A DNA stretch of 64,000 bases from Candidatus Aminicenantes bacterium. Its GTDB lineage: Bacteria > Acidobacteriota > Aminicenantia > S016-38. How positions within the stretch are numbered: position 1 is the stretch's first letter; each line of letters begins with the position of its first letter. The notes beneath the pieces were generated by a model that saw nothing but the letters and a program-made list of their open reading frames with translations, ran no database searches and was not told the origin of the DNA. A program made the translations under genes and the position numbers. This document shows positions 17,281-27,897 of the stretch, piece by piece. Where the stretch lies: NCBI GenBank assembly GCA_026987025.1, contig JALSNJ010000040.1, forward strand, positions 16,451 through 80,450. Direction: 5' to 3'.

Positions 17281-19618
17281 AAAGGTGGAAGTCCCGGAAA
17301 GAATCCCGGTGCTGGCGGTGAGGGATGTGGTTATCTTCCCTCACATGATAGTTCCGCTTTTCGTCAAAAGGGACAAATCGGTGAAGGCCATAAACGAAAG
17401 TCTATCCACCCACAGGAAGATTTTGCTCCTGACTCAGAAGGACCCGGAAATAGAGGAGCCCGGGCCGGAGGACCTTTTCAGGGTGGGGACCGTTTCCATG
17501 ATTTCCAAGATGATCACCCTTCCCGATGGGACCCTGAGGGTTCTTTTTCAGGGTCTGGCCAGGGCCAGAGTTAAAAAAGTGGAAACTGAGGGGCAATACA
17601 TAGAGGCGGAGATTGAGGTGGTGGAGGAGAGGATTGAGGGGAGGAGCGAGGTAGAGGTGGAAGCCCTCAAAAGGAGCCTGAAGGCTGCCCTTGAGAAAAT
17701 AGTAGAGCTTGGGGGCAAAAACCTGACGCCGGATTTCCTCATGTTTATAGGGCGAATAGAGGACCCAGGTAAGCTGGCGGACCTGATAGTGGCCAATCTC
17801 GGGATAAAGACTGAGGAGGCCCAGCAGGTTCTGGAGATTTTCTATCCGGTGGAGAGGATGAAAAAGGTTCTGGAAATTTTGGAAAGGGAAATACAGCTCC
17901 TCCAGGTGCAGAAGGAAATAATGGAGGATACGAAAAAGCGTATGGATAAGATGCAGAGGGAGTTTTTCCTTCGCCAGCAGCTTCAGTCAATACAGAAGGA
18001 GCTGGGTATAGGCTCTGAGCTTGCTGAGGAGATAAAGGAATACAGGGAGAAGCTGGCGAAAATAAAGAAGATGAGCCCTGAGGCCAAGGAGGAGGTGGAA
18101 AAGCAAATATCCCGCCTGGAAAAGCTTCCCCCTGACAGCGCCGAGGCAGGGGTGATAAGAACCTATCTTGACTGGATGCTCTCCCTCCCTTGGGACAGGT
18201 CCACCAAGGACAACCTGGACATAAAGAGGGCAAAGAGAATACTTGACGAGGACCATTATAACCTGGAGAAGGTTAAGGAAAGGATCCTTGAATACCTCAG
18301 CGTCAGGAAGCTTGCTAAGAAAATGAAGGGGCCCATCCTCTGTTTCGTAGGGCCTCCGGGGGTAGGTAAAACCTCCCTGGGAAAGTCCATAGCCCGGGCC
18401 CTGGGAAGAAAATTCGTAAGGGTCTCCTTAGGAGGGGTTAGAGACGAAGCCGAAATAAGGGGGCATCGCAGGACATATGTGGGGGCCCTTCCGGGCAGGA
18501 TAATTCAGGGAATCCGCCAGGCCGGTTCCAACAATCCGGTTTTTATGCTGGACGAGGTGGATAAAATAGGGGCCGACTTTCGGGGAGACCCTTCCTCTGC
18601 CCTCTTAGAGGTCCTGGACCCTGAGCAAAACCACTCCTTCGTGGACCACTACCTGGGGGTTCCCTTTGACCTATCCAAGGTTCTGTTTATAGCCACAGCC
18701 AATGTTACCCATACCATACATCCGGCCTTCCTTGACAGGATGGAGGTCATATACCTTCCCGGTTATACTGAAGAGGAGAAACTGCACATAGCCAGGAAAT
18801 TTCTTATACCCAAGCAGATGAAGGAAAACGGTATAAAGCTGGGTATGCTTCAGATAAGCGACGATGCCGTCAGGAAAATAATCTCCGAATACACCAGGGA
18901 GGCCGGCGTCAGGAACTTAGAGAGGCAGATTGCGGCTGTTATGAGGAAGGTGGCCCGGAGATGGGCCGAAGGCAAGAGGAAAAAAGTGAGGGTTACCGCC
19001 AGAAACCTTCACAGATTCCTGGGTCCCCCCTTGGGTTTCAGGGACGAGGCCCTGCCTGAACCTAAGGTGGGGGTGGCCACCGGGGTGGCCTGGACTCCCA
19101 CCGGGGGCGAGCTTCTTTTCGTAGAATCCATAAAAATGCCGGGAAAGGGGGATATAAAACTTACCGGTTCGCTGGGAGATGTGTTGAAAGAGTCAGCCAT
19201 GGCGGCCATGAGCTACATAAAGGCCAACGCCGAAAGGTTCGGCATAGATCCCGAAGAATTTACCAAAAGCGATGTCCACATCCATATACCCCAGGGGGCC
19301 ATTCCCAAGGACGGACCCTCCGCCGGGGTGGCCATCGTGGCTTCCTTGGTTTCCCTGTTCACCTCCAGGCCGGTGCGAAACGATGTGGCCATGACCGGAG
19401 AAATCACCCTGAGGGGAAGTGTTCTTCCCATTGGAGGGCTGAAGGAAAAGATATTGGCGGCCAAGAGAAGCAAAATACACACCTTCATATTGCCCTCAAA
19501 GAACATGAAGGATGTGGAGGACCTTCCCAAATATGTAAAGGAGAAGATGAAGCTGATCCCCGTGGAAACCGTGGAGGAGGTTTTAAAGGTAGTTCTTCTT
19601 GATGAGAAGCGAGGATGA
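17273..19618 (+). CDS. lon: ATP-dependent Lon protease (LonA)
   Basis: LON N domain, GPPGVGKTS, GHRRTYVGALPG, LDEVDK, PKDGPSAG, GGLKEK. Confidence 0.98.
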   Translation: MSEKVEVPERIPVLAVRDVVIFPHMIVPLFVKRDKSVKAINESLSTHRKILLLTQKDPEIEEPGPEDLFRVGTVSMISKMITLPDGTLRVLFQGLARARVKKVETEGQYIEAEIEVVEERIEGRSEVEVEALKRSLKAALEKIVELGGKNLTPDFLMFIGRIEDPGKLADLIVANLGIKTEEAQQVLEIFYPVERMKKVLEILEREIQLLQVQKEIMEDTKKRMDKMQREFFLRQQLQSIQKELGIGSELAEEIKEYREKLAKIKKMSPEAKEEVEKQISRLEKLPPDSAEAGVIRTYLDWMLSLPWDRSTKDNLDIKRAKRILDEDHYNLEKVKERILEYLSVRKLAKKMKGPILCFVGPPGVGKTSLGKSIARALGRKFVRVSLGGVRDEAEIRGHRRTYVGALPGRIIQGIRQAGSNNPVFMLDEVDKIGADFRGDPSSALLEVLDPEQNHSFVDHYLGVPFDLSKVLFIATANVTHTIHPAFLDRMEVIYLPGYTEEEKLHIARKFLIPKQMKENGIKLGMLQISDDAVRKIISEYTREAGVRNLERQIAAVMRKVARRWAEGKRKKVRVTARNLHRFLGPPLGFRDEALPEPKVGVATGVAWTPTGGELLFVESIKMPGKGDIKLTGSLGDVLKESAMAAMSYIKANAERFGIDPEEFTKSDVHIHIPQGAIPKDGPSAGVAIVASLVSLFTSRPVRNDVAMTGEITLRGSVLPIGGLKEKILAAKRSKIHTFILPSKNMKDVEDLPKYVKEKMKLIPVETVEEVLKVVLLDEKRG

Positions 19619-20495
19619 AATAATAGAACTCCTTAGAAGAAGATTTCCGCCCGGCAAGGTCCAGGTGGGGATCGGGGACGATGCGGCGGTATTCGGGGAT
19701 TTGGTTTTTACCTCCGACATGCTGGTGGAGGGAACCCATTTTCTTAGGGAACACCCTCCCTTTTTCTTAGGAAGGAAGTCGGTTAATGTGAACCTCAGCG
19801 ACCTGGCAGCCATGGGGGCAGAGCCCCTTTTTATATTGATGGACCTTGCCCTTCCCCGAAGGCTTACCTCCTCCTGGCTGGACGAGTTCCTGAATGGGGT
19901 GGAATCTGCTTGCTGCGAGGCCGGATGCAGCTTAGTGGGAGGGGACATCTCCTCTTCGGAGAGCCTCTTCGTATCGGTTGCTGCCGTGGGAAGGGCTGAA
20001 GCTCCGGTTTTAAGGGGGAAGGCAAGGAAGGGGGAGGGGATTTACCTCGTGGGGGACCTCGGCCTTTCCAGGGCCGGAAGGGAGGCCATAGAGGAAAAAT
20101 TGGAGGGGTTTCAGACTTTAAAGAGGGCCTTCTGGGACCCAAAGCCCAGGCTGGAGGAAGGCAAGCGGGTAGCGAAGTTCGCCTCTTCCATGATAGATGT
20201 GAGCGATGGTTTCGTCCTGGACCTTAAAAAATTGCTTCAGGATAAGGGGGCCCTTTTGTTCGCAGAAAAATTCCCTATCCACCCGGAGCTTAGAGAATAT
20301 TGCAGGCTCAAAGGCTCTTCCCCCTTGGATTATGTCCTTTACGGGGGAGAGGACTACGCGCTGGTTTATACCGCAGAAAGGGGAGTGGGACCAGGGGTTA
20401 TGGTTGGGAAGGTTACCGGAGATGGAGTTATAAGACTGGATGGAAAGGTCCTCTCCGTCAAGGGATTTTCCCATTTTATGGAAAACTCCGGTTAA
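19602..20495 (+). CDS. thiL: Thiamine-monophosphate kinase
   Basis: GIGDDAA, DMLVEGTHF, NLSDLAAMGA, GGD, IDVSDG, GGEDYAL. Confidence 0.96.
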   Translation: MRSEDEIIELLRRRFPPGKVQVGIGDDAAVFGDLVFTSDMLVEGTHFLREHPPFFLGRKSVNVNLSDLAAMGAEPLFILMDLALPRRLTSSWLDEFLNGVESACCEAGCSLVGGDISSSESLFVSVAAVGRAEAPVLRGKARKGEGIYLVGDLGLSRAGREAIEEKLEGFQTLKRAFWDPKPRLEEGKRVAKFASSMIDVSDGFVLDLKKLLQDKGALLFAEKFPIHPELREYCRLKGSSPLDYVLYGGEDYALVYTAERGVGPGVMVGKVTGDGVIRLDGKVLSVKGFSHFMENSG

Positions 20496-20548
20496 AGTTC
20501 TAAAATATAAGAGGAAGTTTTATCTTTTAATTTTTTTAGGAGGAGAAA

Positions 20549-22009
20549 ATGAGGCGTTTTTGGGGTTTGTGGTTTATCCTCCTGTGGGTTAATCTGGCCT
20601 TTCCAAGGATTTTGAACTACCCCCGGGGCCAGGATATCGTGCATCTGGATCCCGCAGCCCAATGGAACAACTACACTTCGGAGGTCCTGGCCAATGTTTA
20701 CGAGGGACTGGTGGAGTTCAAGGGTGAGAGGTACAAAGTTTCTCCTCTGCTGGCAGAGAGATGGGAGATGATGGAAGGGGGGAGGGTCTGGAGATTTTAC
20801 CTTAGGCGGGGGATAAGGTTTCATGATGGGAGTCCCTTCAACGCCGATAGCGTGGTATTTACCTTCAAAAGGCAGAAGGGGACTTCCTTTGAAGCTAAGA
20901 GATCTTTAATGCCCTTTCTTAAAGATGTAAGGAAGGTGGACGACTACACGGTGGACTTCGAGCTTGCGGTGCCCTGCGTACTTTTTCCTTACATACTGGC
21001 CAATCCCTTTGCCTACATAGTGAAGCCTTATAAGGATAAGTTTCTCCCCATAGGGACAGGACCCTTCAAGGTGGAGAGCTGGGTGAGGGGAAAATTTGTT
21101 CTTTTGAAGGCCAACCGGTTCTACTGGAGAGGAAGACCCCGTATAGAAGGGGTAAGGTTTTATGTGGTCAGGAACCCTTACCTCAGGGTTTTACAGCTCA
21201 GAAACGGCAATGCCGATGTGCTGAGCAGACTTTCCAGGAAGGAATACGAGGACCTCAAGAACGACCCTAGGATAGACATCCTCAAATTTCCGGTGCTGGA
21301 CCTTAATTACATAACCTTTAATGTGAAGAAACCCCCCTTTAACGACATAAGGGTGAGGAAGGCCATAACATATCTGATAAACAGGGAAAGGCTGGTAAGG
21401 GTGGTTTTTGGAGACCTGGCGGAGCCCGTAACCCTACCCCTTCCCCCATCCCTTCTGGATAAAAAGGACTACATGGAGGTTCCGAAATATGACCCTGAGG
21501 CGGCCAGGAAACTGCTGCGGGAAGCAGGCTATAAAAATGGGCTGAAGTGCACCTTGTATTACCTGGTGGGCAGTCCTTACGGAGATGTGGCCAATGCCCT
21601 GTCCAGGTCCCTGTTGGAAGCAGGGGTTATAATTAAGCCCGTAGCTTTGCCCTACAAGGTTCTGACGAGGAGGGTGATAAAAGGGGACTTTGAAATGGCC
21701 ATAGGTGGTTGGGTGGCGGATTATCCCGAGGCCGGGAATTTTCTCTATTCCATTATGTTCCCCTTATCCCCCAGGGTAACTTACATGTCCTTACCGCAGG
21801 CCAAGGAATTGCTTTTAAGGGCCAGAGGGACCTTGGACGAGGAAAAGAGGAGGGAACTTTACGCCCAGGTGGTTAAGATTATTTTGAAAAACTATCTAAC
21901 AATACCCCTTTATCGCTCCTACCTCCTGGTGGCATACAGGAAAGGTATTAAAGGGATAGAAATAAATCCCAAGGGTTATTTAATTTTTTACAAGGTTAGG
22001 GTGAAATGA
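20549..22009 (+). CDS. Family-5 (DppA/OppA-like) periplasmic solute-binding protein
   Basis: Signal peptide without lipobox; LDPA, YEGLV, PLLAERW, FHDGSPFNADSVVFT, GTGPF, RVRKAI. Confidence 0.9.
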   Translation: MRRFWGLWFILLWVNLAFPRILNYPRGQDIVHLDPAAQWNNYTSEVLANVYEGLVEFKGERYKVSPLLAERWEMMEGGRVWRFYLRRGIRFHDGSPFNADSVVFTFKRQKGTSFEAKRSLMPFLKDVRKVDDYTVDFELAVPCVLFPYILANPFAYIVKPYKDKFLPIGTGPFKVESWVRGKFVLLKANRFYWRGRPRIEGVRFYVVRNPYLRVLQLRNGNADVLSRLSRKEYEDLKNDPRIDILKFPVLDLNYITFNVKKPPFNDIRVRKAITYLINRERLVRVVFGDLAEPVTLPLPPSLLDKKDYMEVPKYDPEAARKLLREAGYKNGLKCTLYYLVGSPYGDVANALSRSLLEAGVIIKPVALPYKVLTRRVIKGDFEMAIGGWVADYPEAGNFLYSIMFPLSPRVTYMSLPQAKELLLRARGTLDEEKRRELYAQVVKIILKNYLTIPLYRSYLLVAYRKGIKGIEINPKGYLIFYKVRVK

Positions 22010-23454
22010 GGGGATTTATTCTTTTTCTAACGCTCGCAGGGAGCCTTCTGGGAAAAACCCTTTACTTCGGCGTGAGGGGGGAACCAGTATCCCTTGACCC
22101 CGCGGCCCAATGGGAGGATGTATCCTCCATGGTGGTTTCCAATATTTTTGAGACCCTGGTGGAGGTAAAGCCCGGTAGCTTAGAGATAATGCCTAAATTG
22201 GCCGTCAGGTGGGAAAGGTCTAAAGATGGGAAGAAATGGGTTTTTTACCTAAGGCCCGGGGTGAAGTTCAGCAACGGCCAGCCCCTTACCTCCAGGGAGG
22301 TGGTTTACAGCTTCAAGAGGCTTCTAAAAATGCCCCCCGGAAGGTTTCTTTTTCCCTACATAAAGGAGATCAAGGCCCTGGGGAAGAACAGGGTGGTCTT
22401 CCTTCTTAAGAGGGAATTTTCTCCTTTCCTCCATCTGCTCACGGTGACCCAGGCCTCGGTAATTTACCCATCCAGAGGAGAATTAGGGTTTTTGGGAACA
22501 GGGCCCTATTATGTGAGCCTCTGGCAGAAGGGCAAGAGGATGGTGCTCAAGAGAAACCCCTTTTACTGGGGGAGGATGGGGAACATAGACAAGGTGGTTA
22601 TGCTCTTTTCCCTTTCCATGGATTCTATCTATTCTCTCCTTCTCAGGGATAAGCTGGACCTTACCAACGGCATATCCATGTCCAGGGTGGAGGCCCTTCG
22701 CAATTCAGGAAGGTTTTACCTTTTGTCTTCTCCGGTCCTTTCCTTAGAATACCTCGTTTTTAACCCTGAGGACCCGTGGGCAAAGAAGGGTTTCGTCAGG
22801 GAGGCCCTTTCCTACATATGGAACAGCCGCTGGGTCAGACTTTCCTTCGGCAACTACAGGGAACCCGCCTGCAGGATAATTCCCTTTTCTTCCAGGAGAT
22901 GCCCCTTCGGATATCAGCCCCGGAAAGCCAGGGCTCTGCTCAGAAAAAACAAAGTCTTCGGGAGAGTGAAGTTGAGCCTGGTATACCCTGACGATGCCCT
23001 CTACGCTAAACTCCTGCTTCCCTTTGTCAACGAGGCCAAGAAAATAGGGATAAACATCAAATTGGTGCCGGTGAGGAGCGGGAGGGAATTGGATGAGATT
23101 TATCGCCGGAGAAAATATTCACTCTCCCTTTTTACCTGGATCTGGGATTATCCGGAACCCTACAATATACTTTCCTTTTTGCTTTCAGGCGAGAAGGTCC
23201 TGACCAGCTATCCCACCATATCATCCTTTCAGGGAGTTAAACTCCTCAGGAATACCCTGGAGGAGGCTCTGTCCATGGACACCTCCCGGCAGAGAAGGGC
23301 CGTTTACGAAAGGGTGGAGGGGGAAATTCTCAGAAAAAGGTGGATTATACCGGTATCGTATCTTAAGGTTTCCCTTTTTGTGAATAGAAGGATAAAGGGG
23401 ATTAAGGTTGATCCCACCGGCCTCGTCAGATTAGGGGAGATCTTCAAGGAATGA
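22006..23454 (+). CDS. Family-5 periplasmic solute-binding protein (tandem paralogue)
   Basis: Signal peptide; LDPAAQW, FETLV, PKLAVRW, FSNGQPLTSREVVYS, GTGPY; ATGA overlap with the upstream gene. Confidence 0.88.
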   Translation: MRGFILFLTLAGSLLGKTLYFGVRGEPVSLDPAAQWEDVSSMVVSNIFETLVEVKPGSLEIMPKLAVRWERSKDGKKWVFYLRPGVKFSNGQPLTSREVVYSFKRLLKMPPGRFLFPYIKEIKALGKNRVVFLLKREFSPFLHLLTVTQASVIYPSRGELGFLGTGPYYVSLWQKGKRMVLKRNPFYWGRMGNIDKVVMLFSLSMDSIYSLLLRDKLDLTNGISMSRVEALRNSGRFYLLSSPVLSLEYLVFNPEDPWAKKGFVREALSYIWNSRWVRLSFGNYREPACRIIPFSSRRCPFGYQPRKARALLRKNKVFGRVKLSLVYPDDALYAKLLLPFVNEAKKIGINIKLVPVRSGRELDEIYRRRKYSLSLFTWIWDYPEPYNILSFLLSGEKVLTSYPTISSFQGVKLLRNTLEEALSMDTSRQRRAVYERVEGEILRKRWIIPVSYLKVSLFVNRRIKGIKVDPTGLVRLGEIFKE

Positions 23455-25538
23455 AGATCAAATTAAAGCTGATATTGTTTTCTCTGTTCATCATATTTCT
23501 TTCCCTTTCCTTCATCACCGGTTTATTTGTGTTCAAGCTCAGAAGCAGCTTAAAAAAGACAGAAATAGAACACCTTTCAGTTTCCCTGCGAAGGGCCGAA
23601 AGTCTCTTTTACGATTACCTTGCCCAGCTAAACAGAATAGCCACCTTTCTCTCTGAGACGAAGGAAATTTCCGACAATATTGAGAATCCTGAGGTCATGG
23701 GGATTTACCTTCAGCAAAAGGATCTTCTTTTTCCCTCTGGCTCAGTAATAATTTTCAACGAAAGGGGAGATCGTCTTCTTTCCTACAGGGCGGATTCTTC
23801 TCCATGTCCCTTTGAGATTAAGCCCTATTTGAAGTCCAGCCAGGGAATCCTAAGGTTGAGCGGGGTAAAGGAGATGGGGAAGAGCCTTTGCTTTATTTCC
23901 TTGGCACCCATTGTTAATCCCAATTCCTTAGAAGTTAAAGGGTATCTGCTCATAGAAAGGCACATAGATTCCGACTTCGCCGATTACCTGAAGGAAAGGG
24001 TAAGGGAGGAGATCTTCCTTTTTGACAGGACGGGAGATTTCCTGGGGTCTACCTATATTGGAAAGGAGGGAGACAGGATTTTCCCCTCCAGAATGAAAAG
24101 GGAAAGCTGGGGTTGGGTGGGTTACATTGAAGGGCGACCGTATTTTCTAAAGGAAACGCTCATAAGGTGCATGGACGGAAGTGCATGCGGGAAAATTTTA
24201 ATAGGGAAGGAAGAGACGAGAATGGTGGCCCTTCTAAAAAGCTCCGTAAACTATGCCCTCATCGCTTTTTTAGTGGACTTCGCCTTTGCCTTCCTTCTTA
24301 CGATTTTGCTGGGAAATCACTTTACGAAGCCCATAGGACTTCTCTCCGAGGCCGGGCAAAGATGGGCTAAGGGGGCCCTGGATTACAGGTTAAACCTTCA
24401 GAGGAGGGACGAATTCGGCCATCTGGCCAGCGTCTTCAACTACATGGCAGAAGAAATAAAGGTAAAACACGAAGAGCTCCGCAGGACCAAGGCCTTTTAT
24501 CAGACCATAATAGACAGCAACCCGGTGGGGGTGATTGCCTGTGAACCCTCCGGCAGGGTGGTGAGCCTCAACAGGGCCGCCCAAAGGATCTTTTCCGGGA
24601 ACCTGAAGGAGGGGGAAAACCTTTTTGCGATAAAGGGGCTTGAGGGGATAAGGGAAAAATTTACCAGGGCCCTTCTGGAAGGAAAGGCTCAGGAAGCCTT
24701 CGGGGTGGAGGCTGAGGTTCCTGCAAGGAAAATGGTTTTGAAGCTTCTCATGTATCCCGTTCAAAGGGAGGAGGAGCTACTGCTCATAGTTCAGGCCGAG
24801 GATATTACCCGGAAAAGGGAGATGGAGCAAGAACTTTATCACCTGAGGAAGCAGGCTCTTTTAGGAACCCGACTTAGCTCCTACGCCCACGATATAAACA
24901 ACTATTTAACCACCATATTGGGATACCTTGAAATAATGGATTTAAAGGTGGCGGACCCCTCCCTGAAGGAGGAACTTCAACGGGTAAAGAAAACCACCAG
25001 AGCAGCGGCTAAACTTTCCAGGTCCATTCTTGACTTTTCCAAGGAAAAAATGAAGAAGGAGGTGGTGAACCTCAACGATGTGGTGGAGTCCACCCTGGAT
25101 TTCGTAAAAAGGCTTCTTCCCCGAAAAATAGAAATAGAATTCAATAAGGAAGGAGATGGATTCAGAGTCCTGGGGGATCCCAGTAAAATTTCCGTGGGCC
25201 TTTACAATCTTCTTATTAACTCCATAGATGCCATCATGGCTTCGGGAAAGGAAAGGGGAAAAATAAAGGTTAAGGTTGGGGCCGAGTTCGATCCCAGCTC
25301 AGGAGAACATGTGGCCAAATTGGTGGTGGAGGACAACGGCACAGGGATAAGGCAGGAGAACCTGGATAAAATCTTTGAGCCCTATTTCACCACCAAAGGA
25401 AGCGAGGGAACGGGCCTTGGACTTTACATGGTAAGAAATATGGTGGAGGAGATGGGAGGAAAGATAACGGTGGAAAGCAAGCCTGGAGAATGGGCAAGGT
25501 TTACCCTTATGTTCCCCCTGTGGAGGGGAAGGGGCTAA
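23451..25538 (+). CDS. Membrane sensor histidine kinase (periplasmic Cache-like, HAMP, PAS, HisKA, HATPase_c)
   Basis: Two TMs; HAMP (DEFGHLASVFNYM); PAS (IIDSNPVGVIAC...NRAA); H-box AHDINNYL; NLLINSIDA; DNGTGI; FEPYFTTK; GTGLGL. Confidence 0.93.
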   Translation: MKIKLKLILFSLFIIFLSLSFITGLFVFKLRSSLKKTEIEHLSVSLRRAESLFYDYLAQLNRIATFLSETKEISDNIENPEVMGIYLQQKDLLFPSGSVIIFNERGDRLLSYRADSSPCPFEIKPYLKSSQGILRLSGVKEMGKSLCFISLAPIVNPNSLEVKGYLLIERHIDSDFADYLKERVREEIFLFDRTGDFLGSTYIGKEGDRIFPSRMKRESWGWVGYIEGRPYFLKETLIRCMDGSACGKILIGKEETRMVALLKSSVNYALIAFLVDFAFAFLLTILLGNHFTKPIGLLSEAGQRWAKGALDYRLNLQRRDEFGHLASVFNYMAEEIKVKHEELRRTKAFYQTIIDSNPVGVIACEPSGRVVSLNRAAQRIFSGNLKEGENLFAIKGLEGIREKFTRALLEGKAQEAFGVEAEVPARKMVLKLLMYPVQREEELLLIVQAEDITRKREMEQELYHLRKQALLGTRLSSYAHDINNYLTTILGYLEIMDLKVADPSLKEELQRVKKTTRAAAKLSRSILDFSKEKMKKEVVNLNDVVESTLDFVKRLLPRKIEIEFNKEGDGFRVLGDPSKISVGLYNLLINSIDAIMASGKERGKIKVKVGAEFDPSSGEHVAKLVVEDNGTGIRQENLDKIFEPYFTTKGSEGTGLGLYMVRNMVEEMGGKITVESKPGEWARFTLMFPLWRGRG

Positions 25539-25849
25539 CCGGTGCAGCTTTCCTCAAGCCATTTAAGGTACGCCTCGCTCCCCTGGCTTATGGGAATCGC
25601 CACGATCTGCGGAACCTCGTAAGGGTGGTTTTCCTTTAAAAAAGCCTCAACCTCAGAATATAGACTCTGCTTCGTTTTTATTAGGCAGAGAAATTCCCCG
25701 CTTTTTTCCACCCTTCCTTTCCATCGGTATATGCTGGTGATGGGGCCCAGGATTTGCACGCAGGCGGCCAATCTCCTTTCCACAAGCGCAGCACCGATTT
25801 TTTCCCCATCCTCCCTTTTCTCCAGGGTGGTGAGAACTATTACAAACAT
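25535..25849 (-). CDS. cutA: Divalent-cation tolerance protein CutA
   Basis: LVERRLAACVQ, SIYRWKG, IKT, HPYEVP, YLKW. Confidence 0.95.
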   Translation of the reverse strand: MFVIVLTTLEKREDGEKIGAALVERRLAACVQILGPITSIYRWKGRVEKSGEFLCLIKTKQSLYSEVEAFLKENHPYEVPQIVAIPISQGSEAYLKWLEESCTG

Positions 25850-25858
25850 CCCAACCTC

Positions 25859-26734
25859 CTACTGATTTTCCAGAAGGGTCAAGACTGCCGGGTCATCCCT
25901 CCATCCCCTCTTTACCTTGACCACAAGCTCCAGGTATATTTTCTTGCCGAAAATGAATTCCAGCTCCTCCCTGGCCCTTTTACCCACTATTTTGAGATTT
26001 TCCCCTCCCTTTCCTATGACTATTTTCTTGTGATTCTCCTTCTCCACAAAAACCGTGGCATAGATGTAAAGCAGCTCCCCCCTGTCTTCCATTTCCTCTA
26101 CCAGGACCCCCACCGAGTAAGGGAGCTCTGCCCGCAGGCGATGAAGCAGTTTTTCCCTGATTATTTCGGAAACCAGGAACCTGTCCGATATGTTGGTTAC
26201 GGTCTGTGGCGGGAAAAGAGGTTCTCCTTCAGGTAGATACTTATAGATCAGGTCCTCAAGAAGATCCAGGTTAGTTCCCCTGTAGGCGGAGATGGGGACT
26301 ATTTCTTTGAATTCCAGCAGGTCCTTGTAAAGGTCTATAACCGGAAGTATTTTCCCCTTGGAGACGAGGTCTATTTTATTTATGAGCAGAAATTTATCTG
26401 GCTTAACCTCCTTCAGCATGTTGACCACGAACTCGTCGCCCTTCCCAAAGGGCTGGGTTATGTCTATCATTAAGAGGATAAGGTCGGTGTCCCTTAAAGA
26501 TTCGTAAACCCTTTCCATCATCAATTCGTTCAGCTTGTGCAGGGGGCGATGTATGCCGGGATTGTCCATGAAAATTATCTGACCCTTATCTGTGGTTTTG
26601 ATCCCCAGAATCCTATGCCTGGTGGTCTGAGGGGTAGGGGAAACGATGGTCACCTTTCTACCCAGCATGGCGTTGAGCAGGGTGGATTTTCCCACATTGG
26701 GCCTTCCTATTATGGACACGAAGCCTGCCTTCAT
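25859..26734 (-). CDS. era: GTPase Era
   Basis: GRPNVGKSTL, PQTTR, NKID, EIIREK, KH domain VIGKGG. Confidence 0.97.
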   Translation of the reverse strand: MKAGFVSIIGRPNVGKSTLLNAMLGRKVTIVSPTPQTTRHRILGIKTTDKGQIIFMDNPGIHRPLHKLNELMMERVYESLRDTDLILLMIDITQPFGKGDEFVVNMLKEVKPDKFLLINKIDLVSKGKILPVIDLYKDLLEFKEIVPISAYRGTNLDLLEDLIYKYLPEGEPLFPPQTVTNISDRFLVSEIIREKLLHRLRAELPYSVGVLVEEMEDRGELLYIYATVFVEKENHKKIVIGKGGENLKIVGKRAREELEFIFGKKIYLELVVKVKRGWRDDPAVLTLLENQ

Positions 26735-27897
26735 TTTTTCCTCCTTATAAGAATTTTCTTTATGCTACGACGGTCCGCATCAAGGATTTTGAACCTGTAA
26801 TCCTGATACTCAAATTCCTCCCCCTTCCGGGCGATCCTTCCTAAGTAGGACATTACGAAACCTGAGATGGTGGAATAACTCCCCTCGGGGAATTCTATCC
26901 CCAGGCTTTCCTCTAAATCCCACAGGGGACAGTCACCCTCCACCTCCATGGCCTCCTTCATCCTCTCTATTTCCTTCTCCGGTCTTTCGTCAATTTCCGT
27001 TATTTCCCCGAAAATTTCCTCTATGATGTCCTCCATGGTAATGAGGCCTGAAACTACCCCGTATTCGTCCACCACTATGGCTATTTTTATCCTTTTTTCC
27101 TTCATGGTTTCCAGGGCCCTGGATATGGATACCGCCTCCGGTACGAACACAGCTTCTCTCATGACCTCGGATACCTTTCTTTCCCCTTCGCTGTGGCATA
27201 CCCCCACAATGTCCTTGGCATAAACTATTCCCTGAATGTTGTCCAAACTGCCCTTGTAAACCGGAAGGCGGGATCTTTTTTCCTTCCCGATTATCCTGGC
27301 GGCCTGCCGGAGGGTGGTATCGTGCGACACTGCGATGATTTCCCTCTGGGGGGTCATAACTTCCCTGACCAGGGTGTCGGAAAATTCTATAACATTTCTC
27401 AGGATTTCTTTCTCTTCGCTGTCTATTATCCTTTCCTCCATGGCCTCCTCTATGAGGCCTTCCACTTCCCCTTCCTGGGCTTCAGCTTCCTCTTCCTCCT
27501 TTTTTTCCCTTTCCAGTACAGGGGTAAAAAGCCTGGCCAGGGAAACCGCAAGGGAGAGGCCAGCATCTCTGTAGGAGGAGGAAAGCCACCAGGGAAGAGC
27601 CATGTAGAACAGCAAAAAGGTTCCAGCCACAGTAAGGAGTTCCCAGTAAAGGTTTAAATTAAGGGTCCTGGAGATGTAGCCAACGAAAAGTATGAAGAAG
27701 AAGGTTCCTGCCATGGAGTAAAAAGGTCTGAGGCTTTCCACCGTCCTTAAGTGTTTTGTGGGTATTTTCCTGTTCCACAGGAAGGCAAAAAGCTTTATCC
27801 TTGATATGGAAAGGCTCTGTCTCAGCCACAGAAAGAACAGGGAGGGAAGCAGGAAAAGCAGGGAGAATAGTGCCTGACCTATAGGAACTTCTTCCAT
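26731..27897 (-). CDS. HlyC/CorC (CNNM-like) CBS-domain transporter-associated protein
   Basis: N-terminal TMs, VREVMTP, SRLPVY, VVDEYG, TMEDIIEEIFGEI, C-terminal CorC_HlyC. Confidence 0.9.
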   Translation of the reverse strand: MEEVPIGQALFSLLFLLPSLFFLWLRQSLSISRIKLFAFLWNRKIPTKHLRTVESLRPFYSMAGTFFFILFVGYISRTLNLNLYWELLTVAGTFLLFYMALPWWLSSSYRDAGLSLAVSLARLFTPVLEREKKEEEEAEAQEGEVEGLIEEAMEERIIDSEEKEILRNVIEFSDTLVREVMTPQREIIAVSHDTTLRQAARIIGKEKRSRLPVYKGSLDNIQGIVYAKDIVGVCHSEGERKVSEVMREAVFVPEAVSISRALETMKEKRIKIAIVVDEYGVVSGLITMEDIIEEIFGEITEIDERPEKEIERMKEAMEVEGDCPLWDLEESLGIEFPEGSYSTISGFVMSYLGRIARKGEEFEYQDYRFKILDADRRSIKKILIRRKK

